Source: Waddliaceae bacterium
Lineage (GTDB): Bacteria > Chlamydiota > Chlamydiia > Chlamydiales > SLFE01
Assembly (NCBI GenBank): GCA_963783885.1
Contig: CAWAPJ010000019.1
Coordinates: forward strand, 23,713-87,712
Direction of reading: 5' to 3'
DNA length: 64,000 nucleotides
The position numbers were made by a program, and so were the translations under genes. Position 1 is the first letter of the stretch. Each line of letters starts with the position of its first letter. Of this stretch, positions 48,478 through 58,534 are shown one piece after another. A model generated the notes under the pieces. It ran no database searches, was not told the DNA's origin, and was given only the letters and a program-made list of their open reading frames with translations.

Positions 48478-49038
48478 ATGGCACTAAAACAAACTCAACG
48501 GACGAAATTATTGCTTATCCATGATGTGGAAGATCTCGGACGCAGCGGAGATATCGTTGACGTCAAGCCGGGATATGCAAGAAACTTCCTTCTTCCTAAA
48601 GGTTATGGAAGGAATGCCGACAAGCAGACTTTGAAATTACAGCAGAGTCTTCAGGAGGAAAGAGCCAAACGGGCTGTCGTGGATAAAAAAGAATCAGAAC
48701 AACTTGCCGCGCGCATTGAAGGCATGACGCTGAGCACTGTAGTCAAAGTTGACCAGGAAGGCCATATGTTTGGTTCTGTCTCCCAGCTTGATGCGGTCCG
48801 TCTTCTGGAAGAACAGGGGATCGAAGTGACTAGAAAAATGGTTTTGCTTCCCCACCCGATTAAGGAAACAGGTGTTCATACGATTGAACTGAAATTGAAA
48901 GAGGATGTTCCCGCATCCATTACAGTCAAGGTAATCCCTGACACTGCGGAAGGGATGCCCGAATTGGAAGAAGCTCCCGGTGCGCCCCCCGAGGCGACTC
49001 TCACGGAAGAAGGGACTCTTACAGAAACAGAGGAATGA
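48478..49038 (+). CDS. rplI: 50S ribosomal protein L9
   Basis: LGRSGDIVDVKPGYARNFLLP, MFGSV. Confidence 0.97.
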   Translation: MALKQTQRTKLLLIHDVEDLGRSGDIVDVKPGYARNFLLPKGYGRNADKQTLKLQQSLQEERAKRAVVDKKESEQLAARIEGMTLSTVVKVDQEGHMFGSVSQLDAVRLLEEQGIEVTRKMVLLPHPIKETGVHTIELKLKEDVPASITVKVIPDTAEGMPELEEAPGAPPEATLTEEGTLTETEE

Positions 49039-49817
49039 AGCTTCGTTCTCCTGCAAAGATCAACCTGTTTTTGCATATTCAAGGCAAGCGCCGTGATGGC
49101 TATCACGAGCTTGCCTCTTTAATTCAAGCTGTTTCTCTTTTTGATGAAATTTCAGTCGCTCTTTCCGATGCCGATTCCTTTTCCTGCAGCGATTCCTTTT
49201 TGCAAAACTCCGACAACCTCGCGATCAGAGCCCGAAATTTATTTCGAAAAAAGACAGGGATCCATCAACCCGTTGCGATCTCTCTGAAAAAAAATATTCC
49301 TGCTGAAGCGGGTCTTGGAGGAGGCAGCGGAAACGCTGCGACTGTGTTTTGGGGAATGAATCGGCTCTTCGGCGAGCCTGCAGAAGAGACAGAGCTTCAA
49401 ATGTGGTCGGCCGAATTGGGATCGGACATTCCATTTTTCTTTTCATGCGGGACGGCCTACTGCACCGGCAGGGGTGAAGTCGTCCAAAACATCGCGCCTC
49501 TTGTCCCTCAAAAATTAGCCATAGTCAAACCGGAAACGTCTCTTTCGACAAAAGACGTTTATTCGCATGTTAAAGAGGCCGCGCCTAAAAATTCGGAACT
49601 TGCCCTGCGCCAGTTTCTCGTGGGAAAGCCCTGCTATCAAAACGATCTGGAAGTGCCGGCATTCCATTTAAAGCCCGAGCTCAAGCAGATCAAAGAAAAT
49701 CTCCTCTCCCTTCATCCACATGTTCTCATGTGCGGTTCCGGTTCGAGTTTTTTTTACTTATCTGAAAAGCATGAATCCATTTTTTATATCAATCGCAGAA
49801 AAGGCGAATGGTATTAA
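49035..49817 (+). CDS. ispE: 4-diphosphocytidyl-2-C-methyl-D-erythritol kinase
   Basis: PAKINLFL, KNIPAEAGLGGGS, GSDIPFF. Confidence 0.95.
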   Translation: MKLRSPAKINLFLHIQGKRRDGYHELASLIQAVSLFDEISVALSDADSFSCSDSFLQNSDNLAIRARNLFRKKTGIHQPVAISLKKNIPAEAGLGGGSGNAATVFWGMNRLFGEPAEETELQMWSAELGSDIPFFFSCGTAYCTGRGEVVQNIAPLVPQKLAIVKPETSLSTKDVYSHVKEAAPKNSELALRQFLVGKPCYQNDLEVPAFHLKPELKQIKENLLSLHPHVLMCGSGSSFFYLSEKHESIFYINRRKGEWY

Positions 49818-49879
49818 TGTTTTAAAAAAGCGAAGAGCGTGCGGTTTTCAAGAGTGTAAACCGTTCTGTTATCTTCGAA

Positions 49880-51325
49880 TCAGGAATGGTTAGGAAATTC
49901 AAGGAGCTTATGAAAATTTTTCGCATATGTTTTGACGTCGGGCTGAAGTTCCACTTCAATCCAGGGAACGATTCCCTTTTTCCATGTCGGCGGCTGAATT
50001 CCTTGAAACAGATAAACCGCTTTGATCAGCATCTCGGCTATTGAGGGATCGCCCCTTTCCCAGGGCTTGGCTCTGCAGATCCACCAAAAGATTTCTCCGA
50101 GTTTTTCATTAAGCTGCGACAGGTCCTCCATTTTTAATGCTTCCTGATAGAGTTTGTCTGTATGTATGAGGATTTTAGCAATATATTTCGGTTTCGTGTG
50201 ATATACGATTTCGAATGGAATGATAATGCTGGAAAGAGGGAAAGCATAATTCTCAATTTTACCGATTGTGGTAACAATTTGCGGATGATTATCTTTCCAG
50301 CGATACAAATGCAGAAAAGGGGAATTTTTCTCGGTTTTTTGGGTTTTTGCCCATTTTAGCACTTTTAGATATTCATTATTGAGTTCAGTTTTGTAGTCGA
50401 TTTTTCGATTGAGGCCATAAACATAGGAAAGGCGATTTTTGCCGATGATATCTATTGCAAAATCGCGCCTAAAACGGCTCAAGACTGCCAGCATTTGGTG
50501 GAATGTCCAATGAGATTTGATTCCGAAAGCGCCAATTTGAGAGCCTTGGTGCATGCAAGATCCGTAGAAGACTTGATCGTCATCTACGAACTCGGATTTT
50601 TTTATGAATTCTTCATTTCTAATAACGTAATGATTCCACTTTTCAGTTTTTTTAAAGGGAAATTTAAAGTAAATGTCATTCATGTCAAATTCGGGATCTA
50701 AAGCAAGAAAGAGCTGCTTTTCTTGCGAGGAAAAATTTTCCAGATAAAGTTTATCTAAAAGTTTTTGATAGTTGTTGGATTGGAAGGGTTTTCCGCTGCT
50801 TAAAAATCTGTATGTGATGATAGAATCCGCAAAGTCATGTTGAATGATTTGTTTAATATCGTCTTTCGTATATCCTAGCTCCAAAAGTTGTTTTATTTCT
50901 GAATAGTCGGAAAGCTCGAGCTCGGATGCGATGATGATAGCTTCGATTTCTTCGAGCGACTCGACGGATTTGGCTTCGAATATTTTGAGGAGTTTTTGGC
51001 TTTTGGCTTTAGTTAATTTAGCGATGAACTCTTCCGGAGAGTAATAAGCGATTCGAACTTCCTTCGGAGTTAAGTTTTTCCTTAGAAGAGTATGTATTTT
51101 TTCAAATGTTTCAGGGGAGCCGTACTTGAGATGAAACTCATAATTCTGTAATTCATATTTCCTATCGAAATAGATTGCCGATTCGAGAAATTGTCTCGTT
51201 TTTTTGCCTGTAGAGAGAATGATTTGTTTTGCTATTTGATCGACAGAATGTTTATTGTTTTTATTAAAATGAAGCTGTTTTAGTTTCTTAGCAACATATT
51301 TTTGTTTTAAATCAATTGGTTCCAT
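49880..51325 (-). CDS. AT-rich protein with C-terminal AvrB/AvrC-like Fido domain (candidate effector)
   Basis: HT..KYI...LGEIFWWICRAKPWERGDPSIAE...GIQPPTWKKGIVP. Confidence 0.55.
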   Translation of the reverse strand: MEPIDLKQKYVAKKLKQLHFNKNNKHSVDQIAKQIILSTGKKTRQFLESAIYFDRKYELQNYEFHLKYGSPETFEKIHTLLRKNLTPKEVRIAYYSPEEFIAKLTKAKSQKLLKIFEAKSVESLEEIEAIIIASELELSDYSEIKQLLELGYTKDDIKQIIQHDFADSIITYRFLSSGKPFQSNNYQKLLDKLYLENFSSQEKQLFLALDPEFDMNDIYFKFPFKKTEKWNHYVIRNEEFIKKSEFVDDDQVFYGSCMHQGSQIGAFGIKSHWTFHQMLAVLSRFRRDFAIDIIGKNRLSYVYGLNRKIDYKTELNNEYLKVLKWAKTQKTEKNSPFLHLYRWKDNHPQIVTTIGKIENYAFPLSSIIIPFEIVYHTKPKYIAKILIHTDKLYQEALKMEDLSQLNEKLGEIFWWICRAKPWERGDPSIAEMLIKAVYLFQGIQPPTWKKGIVPWIEVELQPDVKTYAKNFHKLLEFPNHS

Positions 51326-51423
51326 ATAAACATTATAATGTTTTCATTATTTTAATTTCTCTAAAAAAATGCTTTAAAAATAGGCGCTAATTCGGCAAAA
51401 TATCCCTATTTAAGAGGTGAGCT

Positions 51424-52410
51424 ATGAAGCTATATAACGACCAGTATATTGTCGTCACGGGAGGAGCGGGATTTATCGGCTCTTCGGTGATTCGCGAGCT
51501 TAATAATCAGGGGCTTGTGAATATAATCGTCGTTGACGACTTTAAAAAGACGGAAAAGTGGAAAAATCTGGTCGGCAAGCGGTATGCCGACATGATCTCG
51601 AGGCATGATCTGTTTTCCTGGCTTGAGGGGAGGGCGCCGGCTGTCGAAGCTTTTGTCCATCTGGGGGCTTGTTCAAGCACAGTGGAAAAAGACGCCTCCT
51701 ATTTATTTGAGAATAATTACCGTTTCAGCACACGTCTTGCTGAATATGCAATCGATCATGGCCACCGCTTTATTTATGCCTCTTCAGCGGCCACTTACGG
51801 TTCCGGCGAGGAAGGGTTTTCCGATGATGAAGATAAGCTTGAGGCGCTGCATCCCCTGAATATGTACGGCTACTCCAAACAGATGTTTGACCTCTGGCTG
51901 AAAAATCAAGGGGTTTTGGATAGGGTATGCGGTCTGAAATACTTCAATGTTTTTGGTCCGAACGAATATCATAAAGGGCGCATGTCTTCGGCAATTCTGC
52001 ACTTTGTCGATCAAATCAAAACATCGGGAAAAATCCGCCTCTTCAAATCCTCGCAGCCGGATAAATATCCCGACGGGGGGCAGATGCGGGATTTTATCTA
52101 CGTCAAAGACGCCGCAAAAATTACAGCCGATCTTTTGAGGAAGGATGTTTTCGGCATCTATAATTTGGGAACGGGACAGCCGAGCACTTGGCATGATTTG
52201 GGTGAGGCGGTGTTTCAGGGAATGAATCAATCCCCGAAAATCGAATTTGTCGAGATGCCGGGCGATCTCAAAGGAAAATATCAGAATTACACCGCTGCCG
52301 ATATGGGAAAGTTAAAAAATGCTTTTGGAGAAGACCTGAGGTTTACACCATTTCACGAGGCTGTTATAGAATATGTAAGCGACTATTTAGTTCCGGAAAA
52401 ATATTGGTAG
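51424..52410 (+). CDS. hldD: ADP-L-glycero-D-manno-heptose 6-epimerase
   Basis: TGGAGFIGS, HLGACSST, YASSAATYG, YGYSK, YFNVFGPNEYHKGRM. Confidence 0.93.
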   Translation: MKLYNDQYIVVTGGAGFIGSSVIRELNNQGLVNIIVVDDFKKTEKWKNLVGKRYADMISRHDLFSWLEGRAPAVEAFVHLGACSSTVEKDASYLFENNYRFSTRLAEYAIDHGHRFIYASSAATYGSGEEGFSDDEDKLEALHPLNMYGYSKQMFDLWLKNQGVLDRVCGLKYFNVFGPNEYHKGRMSSAILHFVDQIKTSGKIRLFKSSQPDKYPDGGQMRDFIYVKDAAKITADLLRKDVFGIYNLGTGQPSTWHDLGEAVFQGMNQSPKIEFVEMPGDLKGKYQNYTAADMGKLKNAFGEDLRFTPFHEAVIEYVSDYLVPEKYW

Positions 52411-52414
52411 GATT

Positions 52415-53728
52415 GTGAATTTATCAGGCATTTTTAACAAGATAACCCGCAAGAGAGTTTTGGTGATCGGCGATTTTATGCTGGACGCCTACACGATAGG
52501 ACAGGCAAAACGCATTTCTCCGGAGGCACCGGTAGCTGTTGTCAAGGTGGAAAGGACAGAAGAGCGGCCGGGCGGTGCGGGCAATGTCGCCTTGAATCTC
52601 AAATCTCTTGGCCTTGATGTTGCGGCTATCGGGCGGCTGGGAGCCGACGACTCGGGAAAGCGGCTTGCCGCATCGCTTAAGAGCGAAGGGATCCTCATGG
52701 AGGGATGCGCCATCCAGGGCTCCTATAACACCCCGGTTAAAAACCGCGTTATCGCTTCAAATCAGCAAATCGTCCGAATTGATTATGAAGAAACAACTTC
52801 CCTTCCCGAACAGTTGGAACAGCAGGTGATTGAAGCTCTGCCAAAACTTCTCGAAGAGGTTAGTGCAGTGGCCATTTCCGATTATGGCAAAGGGTTCTTA
52901 ACAGACACGCTTCTTGCCGCATTGATCAAACTTGCCCGCAAAAACTCCATTCCCGTGATTACAGATCCCAAGGGAGCTGATTTTTCCAAATATGCCGGGT
53001 CGACGCTGATCAAACCAAATTTCGCTGAAGCGGCTGCCGTTTCAGGGCTGGATGCAAACGCTGATTTGGACCTGATCGCTCAAAGCGTATTAAATCGGTC
53101 GATGTGCGATAGGCTGATCATCACAAGATCTGAAAAGGGGCTTTCGGCTTTCGATAAAAAGGGGAATCGGGAAGATTTTCCAGTCAAAATCCGCAAGGTC
53201 AAAGATGTGACCGGCGCCGGTGATACAGTTCTGGCAATACTCACATTCGCTCTTGCTAACGGCCTACCGATACCCGCCGCCTGCCGGCTGGCCAACATTG
53301 CCGCCGGGCTGGCAGTAGAAGAGCTCGGCTGCGCGAGGATTACTCTGCAGGCTCTCGCGGAAAGGCTTTTGGAAGACGATGTCGAAAACAAAGTTTTCGA
53401 CGATCAGCATCTATATGCTCTTCAAGAGGTGCTGAAAGGTCGGGATGTGGTTTTGATGGGCATCGAAGAAAATACAAAGGTGTCGATCGATTTATTAAAA
53501 GCGATCAGGACATGCAAGGAAAGCGGCCGAGACCTGATCCTCTATTTGCGCGATCAGAAACCGTGCAGGGACTTGATTCATATTCTGACAGGTTTAAAAG
53601 AGGTAGACTATCTCATCCATCATGGAGAGAGCTTCCGCAAGCTCTGCCGTATGATTCATCCCGCAAAGGTTTACATTTTTGGAGAAGGAAAACTGAGCAC
53701 AATCGAAGAGCCCGCGTTTCTTATGTAG
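52415..53728 (+). CDS. hldE: Heptose-7-phosphate kinase with degenerate adenylyltransferase domain
   Basis: RISPEAPV, GGAGNVA, SDYGKG, DVTGAGDT; C-domain lacks GCFDxxHxGH. Confidence 0.88.
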   Translation: MNLSGIFNKITRKRVLVIGDFMLDAYTIGQAKRISPEAPVAVVKVERTEERPGGAGNVALNLKSLGLDVAAIGRLGADDSGKRLAASLKSEGILMEGCAIQGSYNTPVKNRVIASNQQIVRIDYEETTSLPEQLEQQVIEALPKLLEEVSAVAISDYGKGFLTDTLLAALIKLARKNSIPVITDPKGADFSKYAGSTLIKPNFAEAAAVSGLDANADLDLIAQSVLNRSMCDRLIITRSEKGLSAFDKKGNREDFPVKIRKVKDVTGAGDTVLAILTFALANGLPIPAACRLANIAAGLAVEELGCARITLQALAERLLEDDVENKVFDDQHLYALQEVLKGRDVVLMGIEENTKVSIDLLKAIRTCKESGRDLILYLRDQKPCRDLIHILTGLKEVDYLIHHGESFRKLCRMIHPAKVYIFGEGKLSTIEEPAFLM

Positions 53729-53738
53729 AGGATGATAT

Positions 53739-55112
53739 ATGGATTACAATCTTCAGTTTATGTGGAAAAGGCAGCCCGACGCGGAAAATCTGGCTCTCAA
53801 GATTTTAGACGCCTGCCTTGACGGCCATTCAGGCCTCCAGAAACTCAATCACGACCTCCATGTGATGACAAGCACCCGCCTTTTTGATTGGGTCGACCAT
53901 CTTATCGTCAGCTCCTCGCACGAGCTGCTGCAGTTTCTTCAAAGTTCCGGCTATGAGGAAGAAGGGAAGTTTTCCGATTGCATTTCCTACCGCCATCCGG
54001 GAGCTCAGCTTCCGACACTTGTTGTGGCCGAAGAACCTGAAAACGTCATGGGCTGCGCTGTCAAAGTCGAGTCGATAGCCGATTTCCTTATGGCTCATGG
54101 ATTGAGACGACCGATTGAAGGAACTTTTTTCAGTCCTTACCGCCGAAGCTTGGTTGAAGAAGAGAACAATATCTCGTTTTGGGTTGTCGAGAGGAGGGGC
54201 ACTCGCACAATGGAGCCCTCCAGTCCATCATGGGAATACACCACCGATTATCTTGAGGCGATGGAGCTTTGGCAAACGAGGCCGCGTGAGTCAAAAGATG
54301 AGCAAGCGGAGATTCAGCAGGCTGTCGATCTGGCCAAAGAAATGGTGTCGCAGGTAGGTCGCGACGTCGCTGCCTGGATTGTCTGCGAAGGGGAGAGAAA
54401 GTATTGGCAGTCCCGCAATCTGGCAGGGCAGATTCAAAAGGGGCGTCAGGATCGTCTGGGCATGGGCTGGGCCAACCACGACCACCACACCTTCCGTTCA
54501 TCGAGAAAAAATTTCGTTAAGCTTGTGGAGCTTTTTGAGACCCTGGGTTTCTCTTGCCGCGAGCGTTTCTACGCCGGCGAAGAGGCCGGCTGGGGAGCGC
54601 AGGTGATGGAAAACACGAACGCTTCGCTTGTTCTTTTTCTCGACGTCGATTTAACTCCAGACGAGGTGGCCATCGACTTTGCCCACGAGCCCCTTCCCGA
54701 GCCCTCTACGCTTGGCACCGTCGGCCTTTGGTGTGGATTGCACGGCGATTCCATTCTCAAGGCCGGCATGCACCACTTGGAAGCGCAGTTTAACTTTGAC
54801 GACTTAAAGCACGACCTTTCCCGCCTCGGCATCGGTTTGATGGACCCGTTTAGCGACTTTTCTTATCTGAGGCAGGCATTCACCCAATCGGAAATGTGGA
54901 AAGTCGATCCTGCAAGAATCGACGCCCTCCTGCAAAAAAATTTGATCACCGCCGAGCAGGCCGAAAAGTTTTTGGAAGAGGGGGCTGTCGGCAGTGTCAT
55001 GGAGAATCTCCAGCGTCGCGAAGGATATAAAGGCTTCAATCAGAAAAATGTCAGCAATATCTTGCGCCGCACCGATCCGCGCCGCGGCTTTGCCAATAAT
55101 GTTAAATTTTAA
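53739..55112 (+). CDS. VOC-fold protein resembling HPPD/HglS-type Fe(II) dioxygenases
   Basis: NHDHHTFRS, MHHL, LRQAFT, ENLQRREGYKGFN. Confidence 0.55.
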   Translation: MDYNLQFMWKRQPDAENLALKILDACLDGHSGLQKLNHDLHVMTSTRLFDWVDHLIVSSSHELLQFLQSSGYEEEGKFSDCISYRHPGAQLPTLVVAEEPENVMGCAVKVESIADFLMAHGLRRPIEGTFFSPYRRSLVEEENNISFWVVERRGTRTMEPSSPSWEYTTDYLEAMELWQTRPRESKDEQAEIQQAVDLAKEMVSQVGRDVAAWIVCEGERKYWQSRNLAGQIQKGRQDRLGMGWANHDHHTFRSSRKNFVKLVELFETLGFSCRERFYAGEEAGWGAQVMENTNASLVLFLDVDLTPDEVAIDFAHEPLPEPSTLGTVGLWCGLHGDSILKAGMHHLEAQFNFDDLKHDLSRLGIGLMDPFSDFSYLRQAFTQSEMWKVDPARIDALLQKNLITAEQAEKFLEEGAVGSVMENLQRREGYKGFNQKNVSNILRRTDPRRGFANNVKF

Positions 55113-55121
55113 GGAGAATTT

Positions 55122-55883
55122 ATGAATATCGAGCCAATAACTACAACCAACTTGGCCAGAACTTTTGCCGATCAATTGCCCGATCAATTGCTCATTCCGA
55201 TTTTTGACTATTTAGACCTTCAAGATAAAGCTTCGACTCCACTCGATTGCAGGGAGTGGCTTCAGAAGACTTCGGATGAATTTCTTTGGAAGGTCGTTTG
55301 CGTGAGCCGGGGGATCATTGAAAAACCCGATGATATGACATGGGAAGATAAGTCGGTATGTCTGATGACATTTGATGAGGCGCTAAAAATGCCAAAAACT
55401 AACAAATGGAGGATCACTGGTTTTATCGACGAAGTGATCAAAAAATATCCCAATGCGATAAGCTATGACTTCAATCCCCAAGACCCCGCGTCTTCAATGC
55501 ACATACCTGAAGATAAAGCATTCCTTATCGGCATAGATCAAAATAAGCGTCCCTTCCTTAGAGTTAGATCGGCATTTCTCCAAAAACCTTACATTAGGCC
55601 AGTTGATCACACTCTAAAGCCGTTCCCCCTAACTTTGCATTCCGATTTTCGCGTTAGCGAGTTCAAAGCCGATGGGAATATTATCACAGTATTGGGGAAT
55701 TTGATGGCTGGACATATCATTGGTTTAATCAAAGGAGAAACCCTTCCAACAGGGAGTGGTTTATTAGTCATTGACTTACCTAATCAGGGACAAAGCGAAG
55801 CAGAGCAAGCGGATCCCCCTCCATCTGAATTGACAGCTGCCTCGGTTGCATATGCCGTTAAAAGCATGTGTCTACTATTTTAG
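55122..55883 (+). CDS. F-box protein with C-terminal CaaX motif
   Basis: LPDQLLIPIFDYLD...CREW...DEFLWK; ends CLLF. Confidence 0.75.
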   Translation: MNIEPITTTNLARTFADQLPDQLLIPIFDYLDLQDKASTPLDCREWLQKTSDEFLWKVVCVSRGIIEKPDDMTWEDKSVCLMTFDEALKMPKTNKWRITGFIDEVIKKYPNAISYDFNPQDPASSMHIPEDKAFLIGIDQNKRPFLRVRSAFLQKPYIRPVDHTLKPFPLTLHSDFRVSEFKADGNIITVLGNLMAGHIIGLIKGETLPTGSGLLVIDLPNQGQSEAEQADPPPSELTAASVAYAVKSMCLLF

Positions 55884-56335
55884 AGGCTTTTTCGGATGTA
55901 GATGAGTTTTTCTACGCTGGCTGCGACGATCCCATCTTTGTCTGCCAGCTCGATGGTGTAGGTCAATTCGATCGACTTTTGGGTTTCGAGGTCTTGTTTT
56001 ATTTTTGCAATCTCTTGAGGGGTCAGGTTCATTGTCGCATAGAGGGTGGACTTGCCGGGCCTTTTAAATTGGATGCGGGCCGCTTTGTCCCAAACGATGT
56101 AGTCGGGCCCCAGGATTTTGATCAGCATCAGCATGTAGAGGGGATCGACTGAGCCGTAAAGGCTTCCTCCGAATATGGTTCCCACGTAATTGCGGGTTTT
56201 CCAATTTAAGGGGAGCTTGACACGGATTTGGTGCCAGTCGGATGCGATAAAGACCACTTTGCCTCCGGTTCCCCGGTAGCAGGGGTACCAGTTCAAAAAA
56301 TAGCGGAAAGCCCATGTCGCCCATGATTCCTTCAT
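55880..56335 (-). CDS. Hotdog-fold thioesterase (DUF4442/YiiD-like)
   Basis: RNYVGTIFGGSLY..VDP, VWDKAARIQFKRPG. Confidence 0.88.
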   Translation of the reverse strand: MKESWATWAFRYFLNWYPCYRGTGGKVVFIASDWHQIRVKLPLNWKTRNYVGTIFGGSLYGSVDPLYMLMLIKILGPDYIVWDKAARIQFKRPGKSTLYATMNLTPQEIAKIKQDLETQKSIELTYTIELADKDGIVAASVEKLIYIRKSL

Positions 56336-56405
56336 ACTGACTTCTTATACAATTTTGACTATTTTGTTTATTTCTTTATTATAAGGAGAAAAATAAGGAT
56401 ATATC

Positions 56406-57248
56406 ATGGCACTGCTCGGTCAGTTAAAGAGACGTTTGGGGAGGGGGAGCGCCGCAAATGATGAAACAGGCCTTCGGGGAAACGCCATTCTCTCCGAGAT
56501 GGCGCGCGACAGGGGCCAAGCCCCCGCAAAAGCCGATAAAGGGCTCGAGGAAAAGGCCAAACGTTCGCTTGAAAACTTCTATGTTCCCGAAACGATCGAT
56601 GTGGGATCAATTCGCCCTCTTGCTGTGCCGGAGAATCCGCCCCCGCCTCCTCTGAAAAAAGCTGCCTTCCCTCCTCCAAATGAAGAGTGTCAACTGGAAC
56701 TCGATATAGGGGACCGGCTTCTCGAGGCGCCGCCATTTGGCAAAACTGTGGATCTGGGAAAGGTCTCGGATGATCAGTGGCAGCGCGTCCTCGAGGGGTA
56801 TCTTGTCCCTTGGGCCTTGTACCGGCAGGGGCTGGTCTCTTTTGAGGAAATTGAAGAAAGGCTGGAAAGGGTCAGCCTCGATTTCAGTCCGGAGTTTTCC
56901 CAAAAGCTTGACGAGTCGCTGCACTTGAGCTTTGTCCGAGTGGAAAATGATCTCTTTGCCGTAGATCCGGCGACCAAGCGGAAAGCCGAACAAGTGATCG
57001 AGAAGGCGGCCTCTTATTTTTATAGGGACGAGATTCGCTATCCTCTTGGCGATTTGGTTCATTGGATCGTCAAAGAGTTTGCGATGTCTTGGGAAAACTT
57101 TCCTGCGGAGTTTGTTGAGAAATGCCTTACGCTGAGTTCTCGTTTCACACTCTATCGCGAAGTGACCTGCGAGATCTGCATTCGCGAAAATCTTATGACG
57201 CAGGCGTCGCACCTTCGGCAGTGCTCCCCTTCGGGTGTGGGGTCATAA
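56406..57248 (+). CDS. Hypothetical protein with Pro-rich N-terminal half
   Basis: SD AAGGA; 280 aa; 3' end overlaps queC copy 2. Confidence 0.6.
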   Translation: MALLGQLKRRLGRGSAANDETGLRGNAILSEMARDRGQAPAKADKGLEEKAKRSLENFYVPETIDVGSIRPLAVPENPPPPPLKKAAFPPPNEECQLELDIGDRLLEAPPFGKTVDLGKVSDDQWQRVLEGYLVPWALYRQGLVSFEEIEERLERVSLDFSPEFSQKLDESLHLSFVRVENDLFAVDPATKRKAEQVIEKAASYFYRDEIRYPLGDLVHWIVKEFAMSWENFPAEFVEKCLTLSSRFTLYREVTCEICIRENLMTQASHLRQCSPSGVGS

Positions 57249-57796
57249 CAGCTAAAAGTAAGGTCAACCGGAACTTTGAGTTCACCGGCTTTTTCCCAAA
57301 TTTGCTCCTTGGTCATGTGCAAAAGGGGAGTTGCCAGTCTCGGAGCCTGCACGGAGACATTGGCAAGGACATTTTGGTATGCCTCGACAGCTTGGGGGGT
57401 ACAGTCGGGGTATCCGAACTTGTCATGGGCATTTGGGCCATAGTATATTTCTTTCGCTCCTCTTATTTCCGCCTGGCCGAGGGCATAGGCAATGAAAATG
57501 GTGTTTCTTGCCGGAACATAGGTGGAGGCGACACCGCCTTTCTCGATATCCTTAAGGCTTCTGTCTTTCGGAACGAATCCGGACCCTGATAAGGGCATCG
57601 GATCAATATGCATGATCTGGTGGATGGCGCCATAATGCTTGGCAAGCTTATGAGCGTATTCCAATTCAACCTTATTCCTTTGGCCATAATCGAAGCTGAG
57701 AGCCAAAATTCTTTTGTTCTCAAGAGAAAGCATGGCCAAAATCAGGGCGGAATCAAGCCCTCCGCTTAGCAAAACTATCGCGTCAACTTTTTCCAT
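57152..57796 (-). CDS. queC: 7-cyano-7-deazaguanine synthase (copy 2)
   Basis: SGGLDS, YGQR, TYVPARN, YPDC, SCY...CRRCDAC; start overlaps queE stop. Confidence 0.92.
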   Translation of the reverse strand: MEKVDAIVLLSGGLDSALILAMLSLENKRILALSFDYGQRNKVELEYAHKLAKHYGAIHQIMHIDPMPLSGSGFVPKDRSLKDIEKGGVASTYVPARNTIFIAYALGQAEIRGAKEIYYGPNAHDKFGYPDCTPQAVEAYQNVLANVSVQAPRLATPLLHMTKEQIWEKAGELKVPVDLTFSCYDPTPEGEHCRRCDACVIRFSRMQISQVTSR

Positions 57797-58440
57797 TAGA
57801 CTCCTTTTGCATTGGGGTCCCAAATGAATTTGTGGATTTGCAGATTGAGGCGGACGTCCAGACCATCGCGAAGGATCCAACCCACAAGCTGACTGGCGTC
57901 CAAAATATTGAAAGCGGGGGACAGAAGAACATTTCGGCATTTTGAGGACAGGTCATACTTTTTGATAATGTCTTTGGAATATTCGTAGTCGTTTTCATCG
58001 GCGATCACAAATTTGACTTCATCCTTTGGTTTCAGGCTTTCTATGTTGCTCCAATCGTTTTTGCCGCTCATGCCGCTCGCCGGGCACTTGATGTCTAATA
58101 TGACCGAGACTCTGGGGTCGACGCCGGCAATGGGAAGAGAGCCGCCGGTCTCCAGACTGACAGTAAAGCCTTTATCGCAAAGGGCGGCCATCAGAGGATG
58201 GACATTGGCTTGCAGCAGAGGCTCGCCGCCGGTCACACAGACATGTTTGACACTTTGGTCTTCGACATACTGAATAATGGTTTCAAGGGGTTTGGGTTCG
58301 CCCCTGCCAAAAGAGTAGGGGGTGTCGCACCACGTGCAGCGCAAGTTGCAGGCCGCAAGCCTGATGAACACTGTGGGGAGGCCCGCAGAGGAGGTTTCCC
58401 CTTGTACGCTAGTAAACATTTCTGTCAGATTCAGTGTCAT
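57796..58440 (-). CDS. queE: 7-carboxy-7-deazaguanine synthase (radical SAM)
   Basis: SVQGE, CNLRCTWCDT, TGGEP, LQIHK. Confidence 0.93.
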   Translation of the reverse strand: MTLNLTEMFTSVQGETSSAGLPTVFIRLAACNLRCTWCDTPYSFGRGEPKPLETIIQYVEDQSVKHVCVTGGEPLLQANVHPLMAALCDKGFTVSLETGGSLPIAGVDPRVSVILDIKCPASGMSGKNDWSNIESLKPKDEVKFVIADENDYEYSKDIIKKYDLSSKCRNVLLSPAFNILDASQLVGWILRDGLDVRLNLQIHKFIWDPNAKGV

Positions 58441-58534
58441 AGAGCGCTCAATTTTAAAGTCTTTGAATTTTAATGAAAAGTCTTAAAAAAAAACGTATTG
58501 TACTCTATGATGAAGAACACTAATGGAGGCGTTT

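Noticed and set aside
57152-58440. queC genes as a QatABCD or Dpd defence system
   Set aside because: Canonical size and motifs; no qat or dpd partner genes in the window
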